Shown here in pieces: positions 1-13,399 of a DNA stretch of 64,000 nt. The translations under genes and the position numbers were made by a program. Position 1 is the stretch's first letter; every line of letters begins with the position of its first letter. The notes beneath the pieces were generated by a model. That model did no database searches. It was not told where the DNA came from and saw only the letters and a program-made list of their open reading frames with translations. Origin of the DNA: Eledone cirrhosa (lineage: Eukaryota); assembly GCA_964016885.1 (NCBI GenBank), contig OZ024750.1, positions 992,001 through 1,056,000 on the forward strand, in the 5' to 3' direction.

Positions 1-309
1 TGTGTATGTGTATGTATGTTTATGTGTGTGTGTGTTCGTATAAAAAAGAAACGAGAGAAAAGAACAACACCACCAACAACATCACTAACAACAACAACAA
101 CACCAACAAAACCACCACCACCACCAACAACAACAACAGCAACAGCAACATTGAGGAGGGGGACGAGGATGAGGAGAATGAGGCAGGGGAGGCGAGAAAA
201 GTCGATGGCCAATCAGACATACAGACAGTTCAATCGATAGATGGAGAGATAGATAACTAAAGAAACAAAGAGATTGACTGAAGGGAAAAGATTTGCTACA
301 GAAAGATTA

Positions 310-1320
<1,011 letters not shown>

Positions 1321-1559
1321 TTAGAACATATACAGGTTGCTACATTGATATATAAATTAGAAAGATTGATAGATAGATCGATCGAAATACTTCGATTCCA
1401 TAAATATATATCTGCTATTGTCTGTGTTTCTTTTATAGTATTTGAGGTAATGGTAGGTTGTGTGTGTGTGTAGTGTTGTTATGTCTGTGTGGATTTGTGT
1501 GTGTGTGTGTTTAAATATGTCTGTGTGGATTTGTGTGTGTGTGTGTTGTTATGTCTGTG

Positions 1560-1614
<55 letters not shown>

Positions 1615-2338
1615 AAATATATGTCTGTGTGTCTAACAGCATGTTTGACTGTCCTTACTAAACTATAAGAAACAGCTGTTCGAACGACATGTTCGATCTT
1701 CCGACCACATTCCCCGATGTTTTATCATTCAACCAATAAATACGGAGACGACTCCGACTGGAATCTTCAATCAAGTCTAAACGGAAGGAAACTCCACAGA
1801 AGACAAAGAACTAATTTATCCTCAGTAATTCTTCTTTTCCTCTTGTAATAAAACAAAAAAAAACAAAACAAAAAATATCGAACGAAAAACAAACATTTTC
1901 CCGTCTGATTCTCTCGTTTATTGTATCACAAATACACACAAACTAAAAACAGACAACCCTCCCTCTCTCCATTCTTTACCACCGCCACCAACGCCACTAC
2001 CACCACCACCACTACCACCGCCGCCGCCATAAAACGTGACCTGCTAGCAAATGTGGTGAAATCTCCATCAAATCATATCCGAGGACTTTATACATAGACA
2101 CAAACGACACATTTGATAATGTAGTCCAAGATAGACATAGACTAGACTCTTCTGGAATAATAGAAATAACAATAATAAAATAATAATAAAAGATGTGATC
2201 GTAGTGGGTACACTCTCTGATCATTTGTCACCTCGATGACGGCTGACCCCGAGGGCAGGGATTCCATTACAGTTTGGGGATTAGGGGTGGGGTCTATATA
2301 TATACTGTACATGTGTATCATTATTATTATTAACTCAC

Positions 2339-2531
2339 GCGGTGGATTGGCAGTATCGGTAGAGGATAGGATGCTATGCTTTGCAGCATGGAGTTACGGC
2401 CCTTTACGGTCTAAGTTCGAATCCCGCCGAGATTAATTTTGCCTTTCATCATTACGGGGTCGATAAAATAAAGTACCAGTAATGCGATGAGGGTAATTGC
2501 TGGCCTTGTTCCAAAAGTAAAAACAATTATT
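2339..2531 (+). mobile_element. tRNA-derived SINE, near full length (family A)
   Basis: A-box-like tggcagtatcgg, B-box-like gttcgaatcc, central tttgcctttcatc..ggggtcgataaaataaagtaccagt, tail gctggccttg..aaagta.aaacaattat; many homologues in the window. Confidence 0.88.
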
Positions 2532-2933
2532 CGCTGACGCCTTTTTCTATCACCAATACGAGACAAAGAAAGATATTAAAAAAGCTGATCATACTAACAT
2601 ATACTAACATACTAGTCATACTAACATATTCAGAGTCAATAGAAGACCAGTGTAGTAAAAACTAAAGCACGAGTATTTTGAAATAAATTCTTGAAGAGGT
2701 TTAACACCCAGGAAAGAACAAAACGCGCGAAAAACATTCGACAACAGTGCAGATTCACTGTAGAAAATATTGTAGAGAAAGCCGATAGTAAAAGTTTAAA
2801 ACTATCTGAAAGAAGAACTACCATTAATAATTTTCATACAATGGTTTATAAAAACTTCGGTTCAAGGCCACATAATTTGTTCCCCTTTTTTTTCTACTTT
2901 CATTTAGTAAGGAGGAGCTTTAAAAGTACAATA

Positions 2934-3260
2934 CGAGGGTCGGCTGAAAAAGTTCACAGGCTGACTATGTAGGAGTGATGCTGGTGCTGTGAAATCTTGC
3001 ATACATTAATTTCAACTCTTCTTATTAATAATTGCATTGTTTCTTTCCAGGAACTATGTTGAAAAATAAACCTCATTTGGTCATTCCATGAGAGTATCTT
3101 GGTCATAGGCTGACCACAAAGGAGTGGTGCTAGAGCTATGAAATCTTGCATACATTAATTTCAACTCTTCTTATTAATAACTGCATGTGTTTCTTTCTAA
3201 GAACTACGTTGAAAAATAAACGTCATTTGGTCATTCTATGAACTTTTCAGCCGACCCTCT
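2934..3260. mobile_element. mariner-like MITE with internal ~140-150 bp direct duplication
   Basis: TIRs (c)gagggtcggctgaaaa-gttca / tgaacttttcagccgaccctc, flanked by TA; the internal segment gaaatcttgcatacattaatttcaactc..catttggtcattc occurs twice; related copies at 32630-32808 and 34827-34870. Confidence 0.8.
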
Positions 3261-3530
3261 TAATTCGATTTCAGTCGAACCCAGTACTTGACTGTTAATA
3301 TTTTACTTCATGGAACCCCGTATAACATCAACAGTAAAGTCCGCGGTGGCGGCGGCGGCGGCGGCCATGAGATGGATTTTTTTAAAACTAAGGAATGTAA
3401 AGGGACATAACTCAATAGTTGTAGGAATGTCGTATCCTCTTACCCTCCCCCCTCTCACCATTGTCCTCAATAACTGCAGAATACCGGGAAAGACAGATTT
3501 GTCAATCAACTCATTCACATCTATTGGCTA

Positions 3531-3587
<57 letters not shown>

Positions 3588-3680
3588 GTGTGTGTGTATG
3601 CATGTATGTATTATGTATGTATGAATGCGCACAATTAAAAATATCAGACGCACTACACACACACACACATATATATATAT

Positions 3681-3754
<74 letters not shown>

Positions 3755-3832
3755 CATACACACAAACACACATATATATATGTATGCATGTATAAATATG
3801 CATATGTATATACATATATATGTATGTCGGTC

Positions 3833-3889
<57 letters not shown>

Positions 3890-3898
3890 TATATATGT

Positions 3899-3978
<80 letters not shown>

Positions 3979-4403
3979 GAGACCGTTAGAAGTAGTTGCA
4001 GAGACAAGTGAAACTACGAGACGAGGAACAGACGACAGAGAAACAAAGAAATAGAAAAAATATAGAATAAAATATAACAGGGGGGGGGGGGGGGGTATTT
4101 AATGTAATAGAAACATAGACACACATACATATATATAGTCAGACACATATACATATACATACACACAGACACATACGTGATTTATGGATAGATAAACAGA
4201 CTGAAAGGTAAGATATAGAAACCGTGGCATTGATGTGTGTATGTAAGTATGTGTGTGTGTGTGCGTGTGTGTGTGTGTAAGTATGTGTGTGTGTGTGTAA
4301 GTATGTGTGTGTGTGTGTATGTAAGTATTTGTGCGTGTGTGTATGTAAGTATTTGTGCGTGTGTGTATGTAAGTATTTGTGCGTGTGTGTGTATGTATGT
4401 ATA

Positions 4404-4435
<32 letters not shown>

Positions 4436-4462
4436 GATATATAGATAGATAAACATCTATGC

Positions 4463-4521
<59 letters not shown>

Positions 4522-4609
4522 TATATTATTATTGACCTGAGAGCTCGTTTCCTATAAAATTCATTCCAACAAAAGTGCGATATTTTCTCTGTCATTGAGG
4601 TACGTTTAC

Positions 4610-4638
4610 CAGATTGTTGTTGCTGCTGTTGTTGTTGT

Positions 4639-4685
<47 letters not shown>

Positions 4686-4910
4686 TTGCTGCTGCTGCTG
4701 TTGTTGCTGCTGCTGCTGCTGCTGCGGTTGTTGCGGTTGTTGCGGTTGTTGTTGTTGTTGTTGATGTTGTTGGTTGTGATTATGATGGTTATGATGATGG
4801 GGCTGATGTTGCATTAAAGAAAGTTGTGGTGGTTGGCCGTCGTGGTGGTTCTTTTGTCGCAAGGAGCACGACTTGGAACGGAGCCGGACGTAAAAGGCGT
4901 CCATAGTAGA
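4610..4910 (-). CDS. candidate polyQ/His-rich coding exon (STMDAFYVRLRSKSCSLRQKNHHDGQPPQ...polyQ...S)
   Basis: Minus strand has a pyrimidine-rich acceptor ttttttgtttcacacctcag at about 4911, an open frame with mixed CAA/CAG codons, and a donor G|gtaaac at 4609; no homology recognised. Confidence 0.35.
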
Positions 4911-5130
4911 CTGAGGTGTGAAACAAAAAATAAATATAGGGAGAGAAAAGAGGGAGTAGTGGAATATTTATTGAGTGGTAGTAGGAGGTAGGGAGGGGGA
5001 GAGAGAGAGGAGGAATGAGCGTGTTTCTGTGAGCAAATGAGAGAGAGAGAGAGGGAAACTGGTAAAGTGGAAGAAATACTCTAGAGAAGAATACAGGAGT
5101 ATGAGAGGAGGGGGAGATATTGAAGACCTA

Positions 5131-5161
<31 letters not shown>

Positions 5162-5196
5162 AAGAGAGAGAGAGAGATTGAGTCAGTGAGAGAGTT

Positions 5197-5231
<35 letters not shown>

Positions 5232-5460
5232 GTGAGTGAGTGAGTGAGAGAGAGGAAGAGATGGTGAAAGGTTGGACCGGATCTGTTGGATGTGGAAAGG
5301 AGTGTAAGATCGGTTCTAATGCTGGAGATTTTATATAAAGTCATCTGTGAATGTAGCTTCTGTTGCCATGTAGGTGTCTATACATGTGTCACTGCACATG
5401 TGTGTGTGTTAAACTTCAGTCACTGCACATGTGTATGTGTGTGTGTGTATGTGTGTATGT

Positions 5461-5517
<57 letters not shown>

Positions 5518-5540
5518 TGTGTGTGTGTGTATGTGTGTGT

Positions 5541-5671
<131 letters not shown>

Positions 5672-5769
5672 GCCAGCAGTGTATTTATAAAGGTGTGTCC
5701 TTAAGACTATATAAACTGTGAGTGTAACTTTGACATATCTCCTGTATTTTAATTCATATTTCATTGTGT

Positions 5770-6135
5770 GTGTGAGAGTATGTGTGACTGTTTGTGTGTG
5801 AGTGTGTATGTGTGACTGTTTGTGTGAGAGTGTGTATGTGTGTGACTGTGTGTGAGTGTGTATGTGTGACTGTTTGTGTGTGAGTGTGTATGTGTGTGAC
5901 TGTTTGTGTGAGAGTGAGTATGTGTGTGACTGTTTGTGTGAGAGTGTGTATGTGTGTGACTGTTTGTGTGAGAGTGAGTATGTGTGTGACTGTTTGTGTG
6001 AGAGTGTGTATGTGTGTGACTGTTTGTGTGAGAGTGAGTATGTGTGTGACTGTTTGTGTGAGAGTGAGTGTGTGTGTGACTGTTTGTGTGTGAGTGTGTA
6101 TGTGTGTGACTGTTTGTGTGTGAGTGTGTATGTGT
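5770..6135. repeat. 30-bp TG-rich minisatellite (~12 units)
   Basis: Unit tgtgtgtgactgtttgtgtgagagtg(t/a)gta with alternating variants. Confidence 0.9.
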
Positions 6136-6561
6136 GTGAGTGTTTGTGTGTGTGAGAGTGTGCGTGTCTTTGGGTGTGAGTGTGAGAGTGTTTGTGTGTG
6201 ACTGTGTATGTGTGTGACTGTCTGTGTGTGTGTGTGTGAGTGTGTGAGTGTATGTGTGTGTGTCTTTGTTTGTGTGTGAGTGTGTGAGTGTGTGTGTGTG
6301 TGTGTGCGCGCGCTCTCTCTCACACACACGCACACACACATATACACATATTAAACACATTAAACACGTATTGAACATATATAAAAGAGTGGGTGTATAA
6401 AATCCCATTTGACTTTCAACGTTGAAACATCAACTGAATGAGTACTCAATACGTAAGCAGCGTGTTAGTCCCCCCCCTCTCTCTCCACACACATGTGGGT
6501 GTAGATGTATGTGTTAATATGAGTGTGTACATGTGGATGTGATAGTGCGTATAGTGTGGCA

Positions 6562-6820
6562 GTATGTGTGTATGTTAGTGTGTAATGTGGGTGTGTACAT
6601 GTGTATGTTAGTGTGTAATGTGGGTGTGTACATGTGTATGTTAGTGTGTAATGTGGGTGTGTACATGTGTATGTTAGTGTGTAATGTGGGTGTGTACATG
6701 TGTATGTTAGTGTGTAATGTGGGTGTGTACATGTGTATGTTAGTGTGTAATGTGGGTGTGTACATGTGTATGTTAGTGTGTAATGTGGGTGTGTACATGT
6801 GTATGTTAGTGTGTAATGTG
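6562..6820. repeat. 33-bp minisatellite (~8 units)
   Basis: Unit gtgtgtaatgtgggtgtgtacatgtgtatgtta, essentially identical copies. Confidence 0.93.
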
Positions 6821-6911
6821 GTAGAGTGTGTGTCTGTGTGTGTGATAGTGTGTGATAGTGTGTGATAGTGTGCGTGTGATAGAGTGTGTGATAGAGTGTG
6901 TGATAGTGTGT

Positions 6912-6953
<42 letters not shown>

Positions 6954-8454
6954 CTGTGTGTGTGTGTGTATATATGTGTGTGTGTGTGTAAGACAGCCAG
7001 AGCTCGACAGTGGGGCGGCTGTAAGCTGCAGTTGACAGTCTACTACCAGAACACATGGCGACATGTTTACATTGGCAGTAGACATGTTCTCTCTCACCTT
7101 CTCTCTACTGTAACACAACCACCACCCTTGCTACAGACATTTCTGTCATGATGATGATGGTGGTGGGGATGGGGATGGGGATGGTGGTGGTGGTGATGGT
7201 GGTAATGATGGTGGTGATGGTGGTAATGATGGTGGTGATGATGGTGATGATGGTGGTGGTGGTGGGGATGGTGGTGGTGGTGGTGGTGGTGATGATGGTG
7301 GTGATGGTGGTGATGGTGATGTTGTTTAGACCCTAGCTAGGTCATTTCCACACAGACCGTCTTATCATCACGAGACGTTCCAACTATGACTCTCACTACC
7401 ACTATTACTATCGCTGGTGTCGCTGGACATTGTCCGCGGGGCGCAACCGAAACACCACTCTGACTTAGGTCTACCACCCTCCCCCTCCTTTCTTTCATTG
7501 CTTAATAATCCCCCCCCCCCTTCCCTTCCCTTTCATAGCATTTATAGTCCTTTCCAATACTACTTTATTTTTCTGTATGTTTGACTAAATATTAAATATT
7601 TTATTATTTTTATGTATTTTTATCCTAGAAAAAAAAAAAAAAAAAAAAAAAATCTATAAAGGAGTGGCTGTGAAAAAACAAAATAAAACAAAACAAAAAA
7701 ATCTAAATTATTATATATGTCATATCCTTTTCTTTATTAACGCAAAAAAAGAAGAAATTTAGCTGCTGTTTCTAGTAGGTCGGGAACGCTGTTAGGAAGC
7801 TGATCTTCTCTCATAGATGTCACATGGTGTTTCATGTTATATAATACAGTGTGAAGCGTGTAGGTTGACACACGTATGGTGTAGTAGACGTAGATCCTTC
7901 TTGGTCTCTTGTTTTACCTTTAAGTCAAATTCGAGTTTGTTTTTCATTTAACCTCTAAGTTATTTGTAAAATATGCAACTGTAATTAATAATTCTGTGAT
8001 TTGTTGGTGGGAGGAGGTCAATATATTGGTTAGAGACTAATATATATATATGAAGTGTTTCTACAAACTATATCTTATAAAACAACACCAACTCACAAAA
8101 TATACACCTGCCCAGAAACTCAACACCCACCAGCATAGAGAAACTCCCCCACCAAATCTTATAGATTTCATAAACTCCCCCACCAAATCTTATAGATTTC
8201 ATAAACTCCCCCACGAAACCTGATGTATTTTTTCCAATAAAATAGAAAGAAAAACAAATTATGATATCAATAAGATGAGAAAATGAATTAATAAAGACTA
8301 AACTCCTTGAGATGTCAATTTCCCAAAGATTACGTTAACAGACGACAGTCACATGGAAAGTTAACACCCACCACTATAGCTATCTCATTAAATTTCTTGA
8401 TATTGACGAACACGAGATCGAGTACGGAATAGCATTGTGTGTGACTCACTGAGG

Positions 8455-8567
8455 CCTGGGCCCAGGATTCCTGAGTCGTAGGGTCGCCGTAGTGACATAC
8501 GGCGTTACGTCGTACCTTGGCTATTGTAAAGCTGGTAGATCACATCCCCTCTCTCCAAGTCCAGAAC
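8455..8567 (-). repeat. unclassified ~110-bp GC-rich dispersed repeat (family X), copy 1
   Basis: Reverse complement aligns by eye with 12723-12830 and 45415-45515 (ggagag.ggat..gtatgtca.tacggcg.ccctacgac) and with 61176-61281. Confidence 0.6.
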
Positions 8568-8656
8568 ACTTTCGATATTTATTCGAGAGAGAGACTGTGT
8601 GTGTGTGTGTGAGAGAGAGAGACTGTGTGTGTGAGAGAGACTGTGTGTGTGTGTGT

Positions 8657-8709
<53 letters not shown>

Positions 8710-8985
8710 TGTGAGAGAGCGTGTGTAAGTGTGTGTGTGTAAAAGACAAAAAGAAGTGAGTGAGGGAGTGTGTGTCTGTGAGAGAGGGTGGACTCAGAAA
8801 TAGAATCTGGATTAACCCCTTTGATACCAACTCGCCTGAAGTTGCTATCCTTTTATGACACACAACTGCTCATTTTAAAATGTCCATACTTATATTAAAA
8901 CCTTTCATCTTAATTTTATTTAAACTTTCGTTGAGTAATGTTTCAAACATCACCTTACTAATGAAAAGGTCAGTTAGTTCATTGA

Positions 8986-9265
8986 ATTCTTCTTCACCCA
9001 CATATTCCAAGGAGGGTCATGGGGGGGTGTCCTCAACCACCCCCCCAGCAGGTCCTGTCAGAAGCAACCGTCTCCAACTGATCCAGCTGGATCCCCAAGT
9101 GAGACCAACCGAGCTCATAGATGTCATCCAACCATCTTGATAGGGGTCTATCCCCTTGGTACCCCTGCTGGTTAGTTTTACCCGTAAAATCTGACCAGCG
9201 ATTCTTTCCTGAGATATTCTAACCACATGTCCATAGTATTGGATCTTTCAATTCGGAGAAGTAGC
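8986..9265 (-). mobile_element. 3' fragment of RTE-clade (Rex3/Expander-like) LINE
   Basis: Minus-strand translation [36 protein letters not shown].. matches the Rex3-type ORF C-terminus motif; short (GAA) tail at about 8986; second copy at 23857-24150. Confidence 0.8.
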
Positions 9266-9678
9266 GGCTCTACCTGGAGTGGCTCTACCTGGAGTGGCTC
9301 CACCTGGAGTGGCTCTACCTGGAGTGGCTCCACCTGGAGTGGCTCCACCTGGAGTGGCTCCACCTGGAGTGGCTCTACCTGGAGTGGCTCCACCTGGAGT
9401 GGCTCTACCTGGAGTGGCTCTACCTGGAGTGGCTCTACCTGGAGTGGCTCCACCTGGAGTGGCTCCACCTGGAGTGGCTCTACCTGGAGTGGCTCTACCT
9501 GGAGTGGCTCCACCTGGAGTGGCTCTACCTGGAGTGGCTCTACCTGGAGTGGCTCTACCTGGAGTGGCTCTACCTGGAGTGGCTCCACCTGGAGTGGCTC
9601 CACCTGGAGTGGCTCTACCTGGAGTGGCTCTACCTGGAGTGGCTCCACCTGGAGTGGCTCTACCTGGAGTGGCTCTAC
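9266..9678 (-). repeat. 15-bp minisatellite (~27.5 units) derived from LINE codons LQVEP
   Basis: Unit ggctc(t/c)acctggagt, in frame and contiguous with the LINE fragment. Confidence 0.92.
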
Positions 9679-10073
9679 GAAAACAATATTATTGTTTTAT
9701 TAAATATAGAAATGGCAGTTCAGATTGAAATGGTTCCTTGTCTTATGATTACAAAACTCAAATTGTCAATCAGTTTGAGGGATATTTTGAATGCAATTTC
9801 TAGCAGGGAGAGAGTCCATATAGAGACTTCTTCCTTATTGTAGTGACAAATATAATCTATTTTAAAGTACAGATGACGAGAATATAACATTATGACGTTT
9901 CTGCATATCCCAGGTTCACAAGAGCAGAGAGAAACCTGTATCAACTGAATTCAGATCTGGGTTGTAATTCCAACACAGCTCCAGACAATCAAAATCCAAT
10001 CAACAACAATTAAACATCCATTCTCAATTACAAATAATTTTCTCATTTCTCATTTCGGTAGACATTTTTATAG

Positions 10074-10135
<62 letters not shown>

Positions 10136-10400
10136 TACAGATTTTGTATTTATTATTACTATTAATACCTCCCAAGCCACTTTTTTCACATAAAACAGGA
10201 AGAATTTCCAAAACTGATTAGAGCAAAAATCACGAGCACACTATCTCAAAATTATTTTTGAAAAGCATAAGAAATGCAGATCCGGTAAAAACTTAAAACT
10301 AAAACTGAATACTAACTAATACTTATTACTAATTTATACTTATTCCTAATTAAACTATTTTTCACTGGGAAAATTTGTCAGCATTTTCTTTTCCTTTTTA

Positions 10401-10451
<51 letters not shown>

Positions 10452-10472
10452 TTATATATATACATATTATAT

Positions 10473-10638
10473 ATATTTATTAAAATAACAGATTAAAGAT
10501 TAAGCAAAGGATCGCTGCTTTCACCCTTAGCAGCGATTCTTTGCTTACACTTTAATCTGTTATTTTAATAAATATTTGATATATATTTATCCTTATCGAA
10601 CCTTCTTTGGATTTTAGTCTTCACATTTATTATTATTA
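10473..10638. mobile_element. (TA)n-embedded short element, family H2, with ~47-bp-arm hairpin
   Basis: Inverted arms at 10473-10519 and 10529-10575; shared sequence with 18263-18353 and 38028-38185. Confidence 0.65.
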
Positions 10639-10737
10639 CACATATATATATATACACACATAAATGCTTGTTTTAAGGGTGACAAACTCCCCAAACATGC
10701 ACTGGATGAAGAACCCATAGAATACAGAATCAATATA

Positions 10738-10929
10738 ATAATTGTTTCTACTTTAGGCACAAGGCCAGCAATTAACCAGTGCATTACTGGTACTTTATTT
10801 TATCGACCCCGTAAGGATGAAAGGAAAAGTCAACCTCGGCGGGATTTGAACTCAGATAGTAAAGGGACGTAACTATGCTGGAAAGCATGGCGTCCGACCC
10901 TCTACTGATACTGCCAATCCACCGCCCTC
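10738..10929 (-). mobile_element. full-length SINE family A with TSD
   Basis: Complete head-to-tail match; direct repeat cagaatcaatataata on both sides. Confidence 0.92.
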
Positions 10930-11029
10930 AGAATCAATATAATAATATAATGGTGACTGTTTATTTCGAAGTTTCGCCAAGGTCATTGGCTTATATCTGT
11001 AAAATACTATTACATTATATATAGCTAAC

Positions 11030-11085
11030 GTACCAGTAATACACTGGGATAATTGCTGGCCTTGTGCCAATAGTAGAAACAATTA
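11030..11085 (+). mobile_element. 5'-truncated SINE A tail with TSD
   Basis: taccagtaatacactggg..gtagaaaca flanked by the direct repeat attatatatagctaacgta. Confidence 0.85.
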
Positions 11086-11687
11086 TATATAGCTAACGTA
11101 TGTCAATCATATTAAACGCATTAACATCATAAATATAGTGTGTATATTTAAATATAAGAAACACAAGCAAACACTTAGTATGACTGAAATACGAACCAGG
11201 CGCCACAAAATTTCTGTTTATTTTGTTCTATGTACCTTTGATTAAATTTAGTTTATATGAAAAATGATATTGATTTTTATTTTAGGTGTGAAACCAATAA
11301 AGTTTTTTGGGAAAAGCAAATTTTATTGAATTATGTCTCGAACTTGAGTTGTATTTCAGTTGATCGATGATTTTATTGTCTCCTGAAGGATGAAAGTCAA
11401 AGTTGACCTTGATGGGATTTGATCCTAGAAACCTCAATTAGCCGCAAGGTGAGTGTGTCCCCGTGATATACACATCAGGTCTGAATATAAATGAACCCAA
11501 CTCCCACTGTCACTGCCCCTGTCTCTCAGGCTCTCCACATCTCTCACTATTATAAACAAATGGGGCCTCGACGGACAGAAGATGTTTCCCCGGAGTATGG
11601 CGAGGGAGACGTGCTAGAAGAGCCATTCCAGCTCACACCTGTGTAGGTAGGTGGCCCTAGGGCCTACAGACACCAGAACTGGGAAGA

Positions 11688-11800
11688 GTGAAAGACAAAG
11701 TTGACCTCGGCGGGAATTGAACTCAGAATGTAAAGAGCCAGAAAAAATACCGCAAGGTATTTTATCCGTCGCTCTACCAATTCTGTCAATCCACCATCTT
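11688..11800 (-). mobile_element. SINE A-related 5' half (variant head)
   Basis: aaagttgacctcggcgggaattgaactcagaatgtaaag..caatccacc. Confidence 0.75.
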
Positions 11801-12722
11801 AATAAGGAAAGAAAATATTAGCATATAATGACGACAAATTGATGGTTGCCATTTAAGCTTAACCTAGACTTTGACGGACGAGACATAATTATTGTGGAAC
11901 TAGCTTAAAATTTATAACTAATTTCCGCTTATGTTTATTTTATTTTCCAGCAAACACAAGAAAGCGATCTGTTTTGTAAGCTGTCTTTTTATGTAAATCA
12001 TGGCTACTTCCCCACGTCATTCGGAATATATAAGAATAACATTTATCCAGCTTAAAAACTTATTCTTTCAATGTATTTTGAAAATGTTTTCAATCTTTTA
12101 GATTTGTTTTCAATTAAATTTTGAAATAATAAGTGTGAACGGTGACATTGCTTGGCAGTGTTGGATAAAATCACAACTCATTACCGTAACACATTCTATT
12201 TTGGCTACGGACGTTCACACATACATACTGACACAGACAAACAGACTGACACAGACACACAGACAGACAGACTGACACAGACACACACACAGACATACTG
12301 ACACAGACAGACTGACTGACACAGACACACACACAGACAGACTGACACAGAAACCCATACAGACCGACACAGATTCACACACACACGCACACATTGATTT
12401 GTCTTATGAATGATTATTGATTTCTTTAATTTGAACGTAAATCAATCTCCACAAATCCAATGTTAGCTACGAATTCAATCAAACACAATCCATAAACTCA
12501 TTCAATCCAATAAACACATACCACACAACATATTAAGTAAAAACTTATAGCGTTCTTCAAAACTATACTTAAACATTCCCAGCATAACAAAAACCAGCCA
12601 ACACTCAATACAATTCCCTAGATACATGTATGTATGGTCCCCTAGCTTCTGAGGGAGTCGATAGAAAAAGTACCAGTCTAGTACTGGGGTTGATTCTTCC
12701 TCTCTCTGGAAGAAATCTGCTA

Positions 12723-12830
12723 TACTCAGGCCTGGAGAGGGATAGGCTCCACCAGGCTTTAGATGCTCAAGAAACGTTGTATGTCAATACGGCGTCCCTA
12801 CGAGTCTATCAGGAGTTACGGGACCATATC
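12723..12830 (+). repeat. dispersed repeat family X, copy 2
   Basis: Aligns by eye with the reverse complement of 61176-61281 over about 100 bp. Confidence 0.65.
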
Positions 12831-13214
12831 ATATCTCATTAGAATTATTGCAGTGAAAGGGTTACCATAATTTTGTTGCGATGATCACAGATTTTATTAA
12901 CCATTAACTGTAATCAGAATGGATACATGATATTTATTCCTTGCGACTATTAAAAAAATATGGTTTGAATCCAATTTAAAGACATCGTATAATATCTGTA
13001 TGATACTCCAATGTTATCAGTTGCCAGTATTTACCATCTAAATAAAGCCTGAAGCTTTTAAAAATCAAATCTCTTCTCTACTTATTAATCTTAGTGGCTT
13101 GACAATGTGACACTCCTTCCTTCTCATCTAATAACCTTTTGCTAATAACCTTTTGCTAATAACCTTTTGCTAATCTCTTCCAATACAAACAACGCAAATA
13201 TTTTTATTATCATT

Positions 13215-13399
13215 AATTTTTCTACTTTAGGCACAAGGGAGGGGAAAGTCGATTAAATCGATTCCAGTGGATTACTGGTACTTTATTTACCGAGCCCGTG
13301 AGGATGAAAGGCAAAGCTACGCAGAACGTAAAGGGTCGTAACTCTATGCTGAAAATCATGTTGTCCGACGCTCTACGGATCTTGCCAATCCATCGCCCT
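13215..13399 (-). mobile_element. SINE family A, diverged
   Basis: ctactttaggcacaagg..actggtactttattt..ggatgaaaggcaaag..gccaatcca. Confidence 0.85.

Noticed and set aside
200-220. CCAAT box (ggccaatcag)
   Set aside because: A single short motif with no demonstrable transcription start.
1659-1690. Possible minus-strand mini-exon MSFEQLFLIV followed by a gtaagg donor
   Set aside because: Too short, with no supporting homology; it could occur by chance.
2339-2430. tRNA gene
   Set aside because: A and B boxes are present, but there is no cloverleaf and the sequence continues into a SINE body.
9178-9728. Elastin-like (GVAPP)n and (GSTWS)n ORFs
   Set aside because: These are translations of the 15-bp minisatellite derived from LINE sequence.
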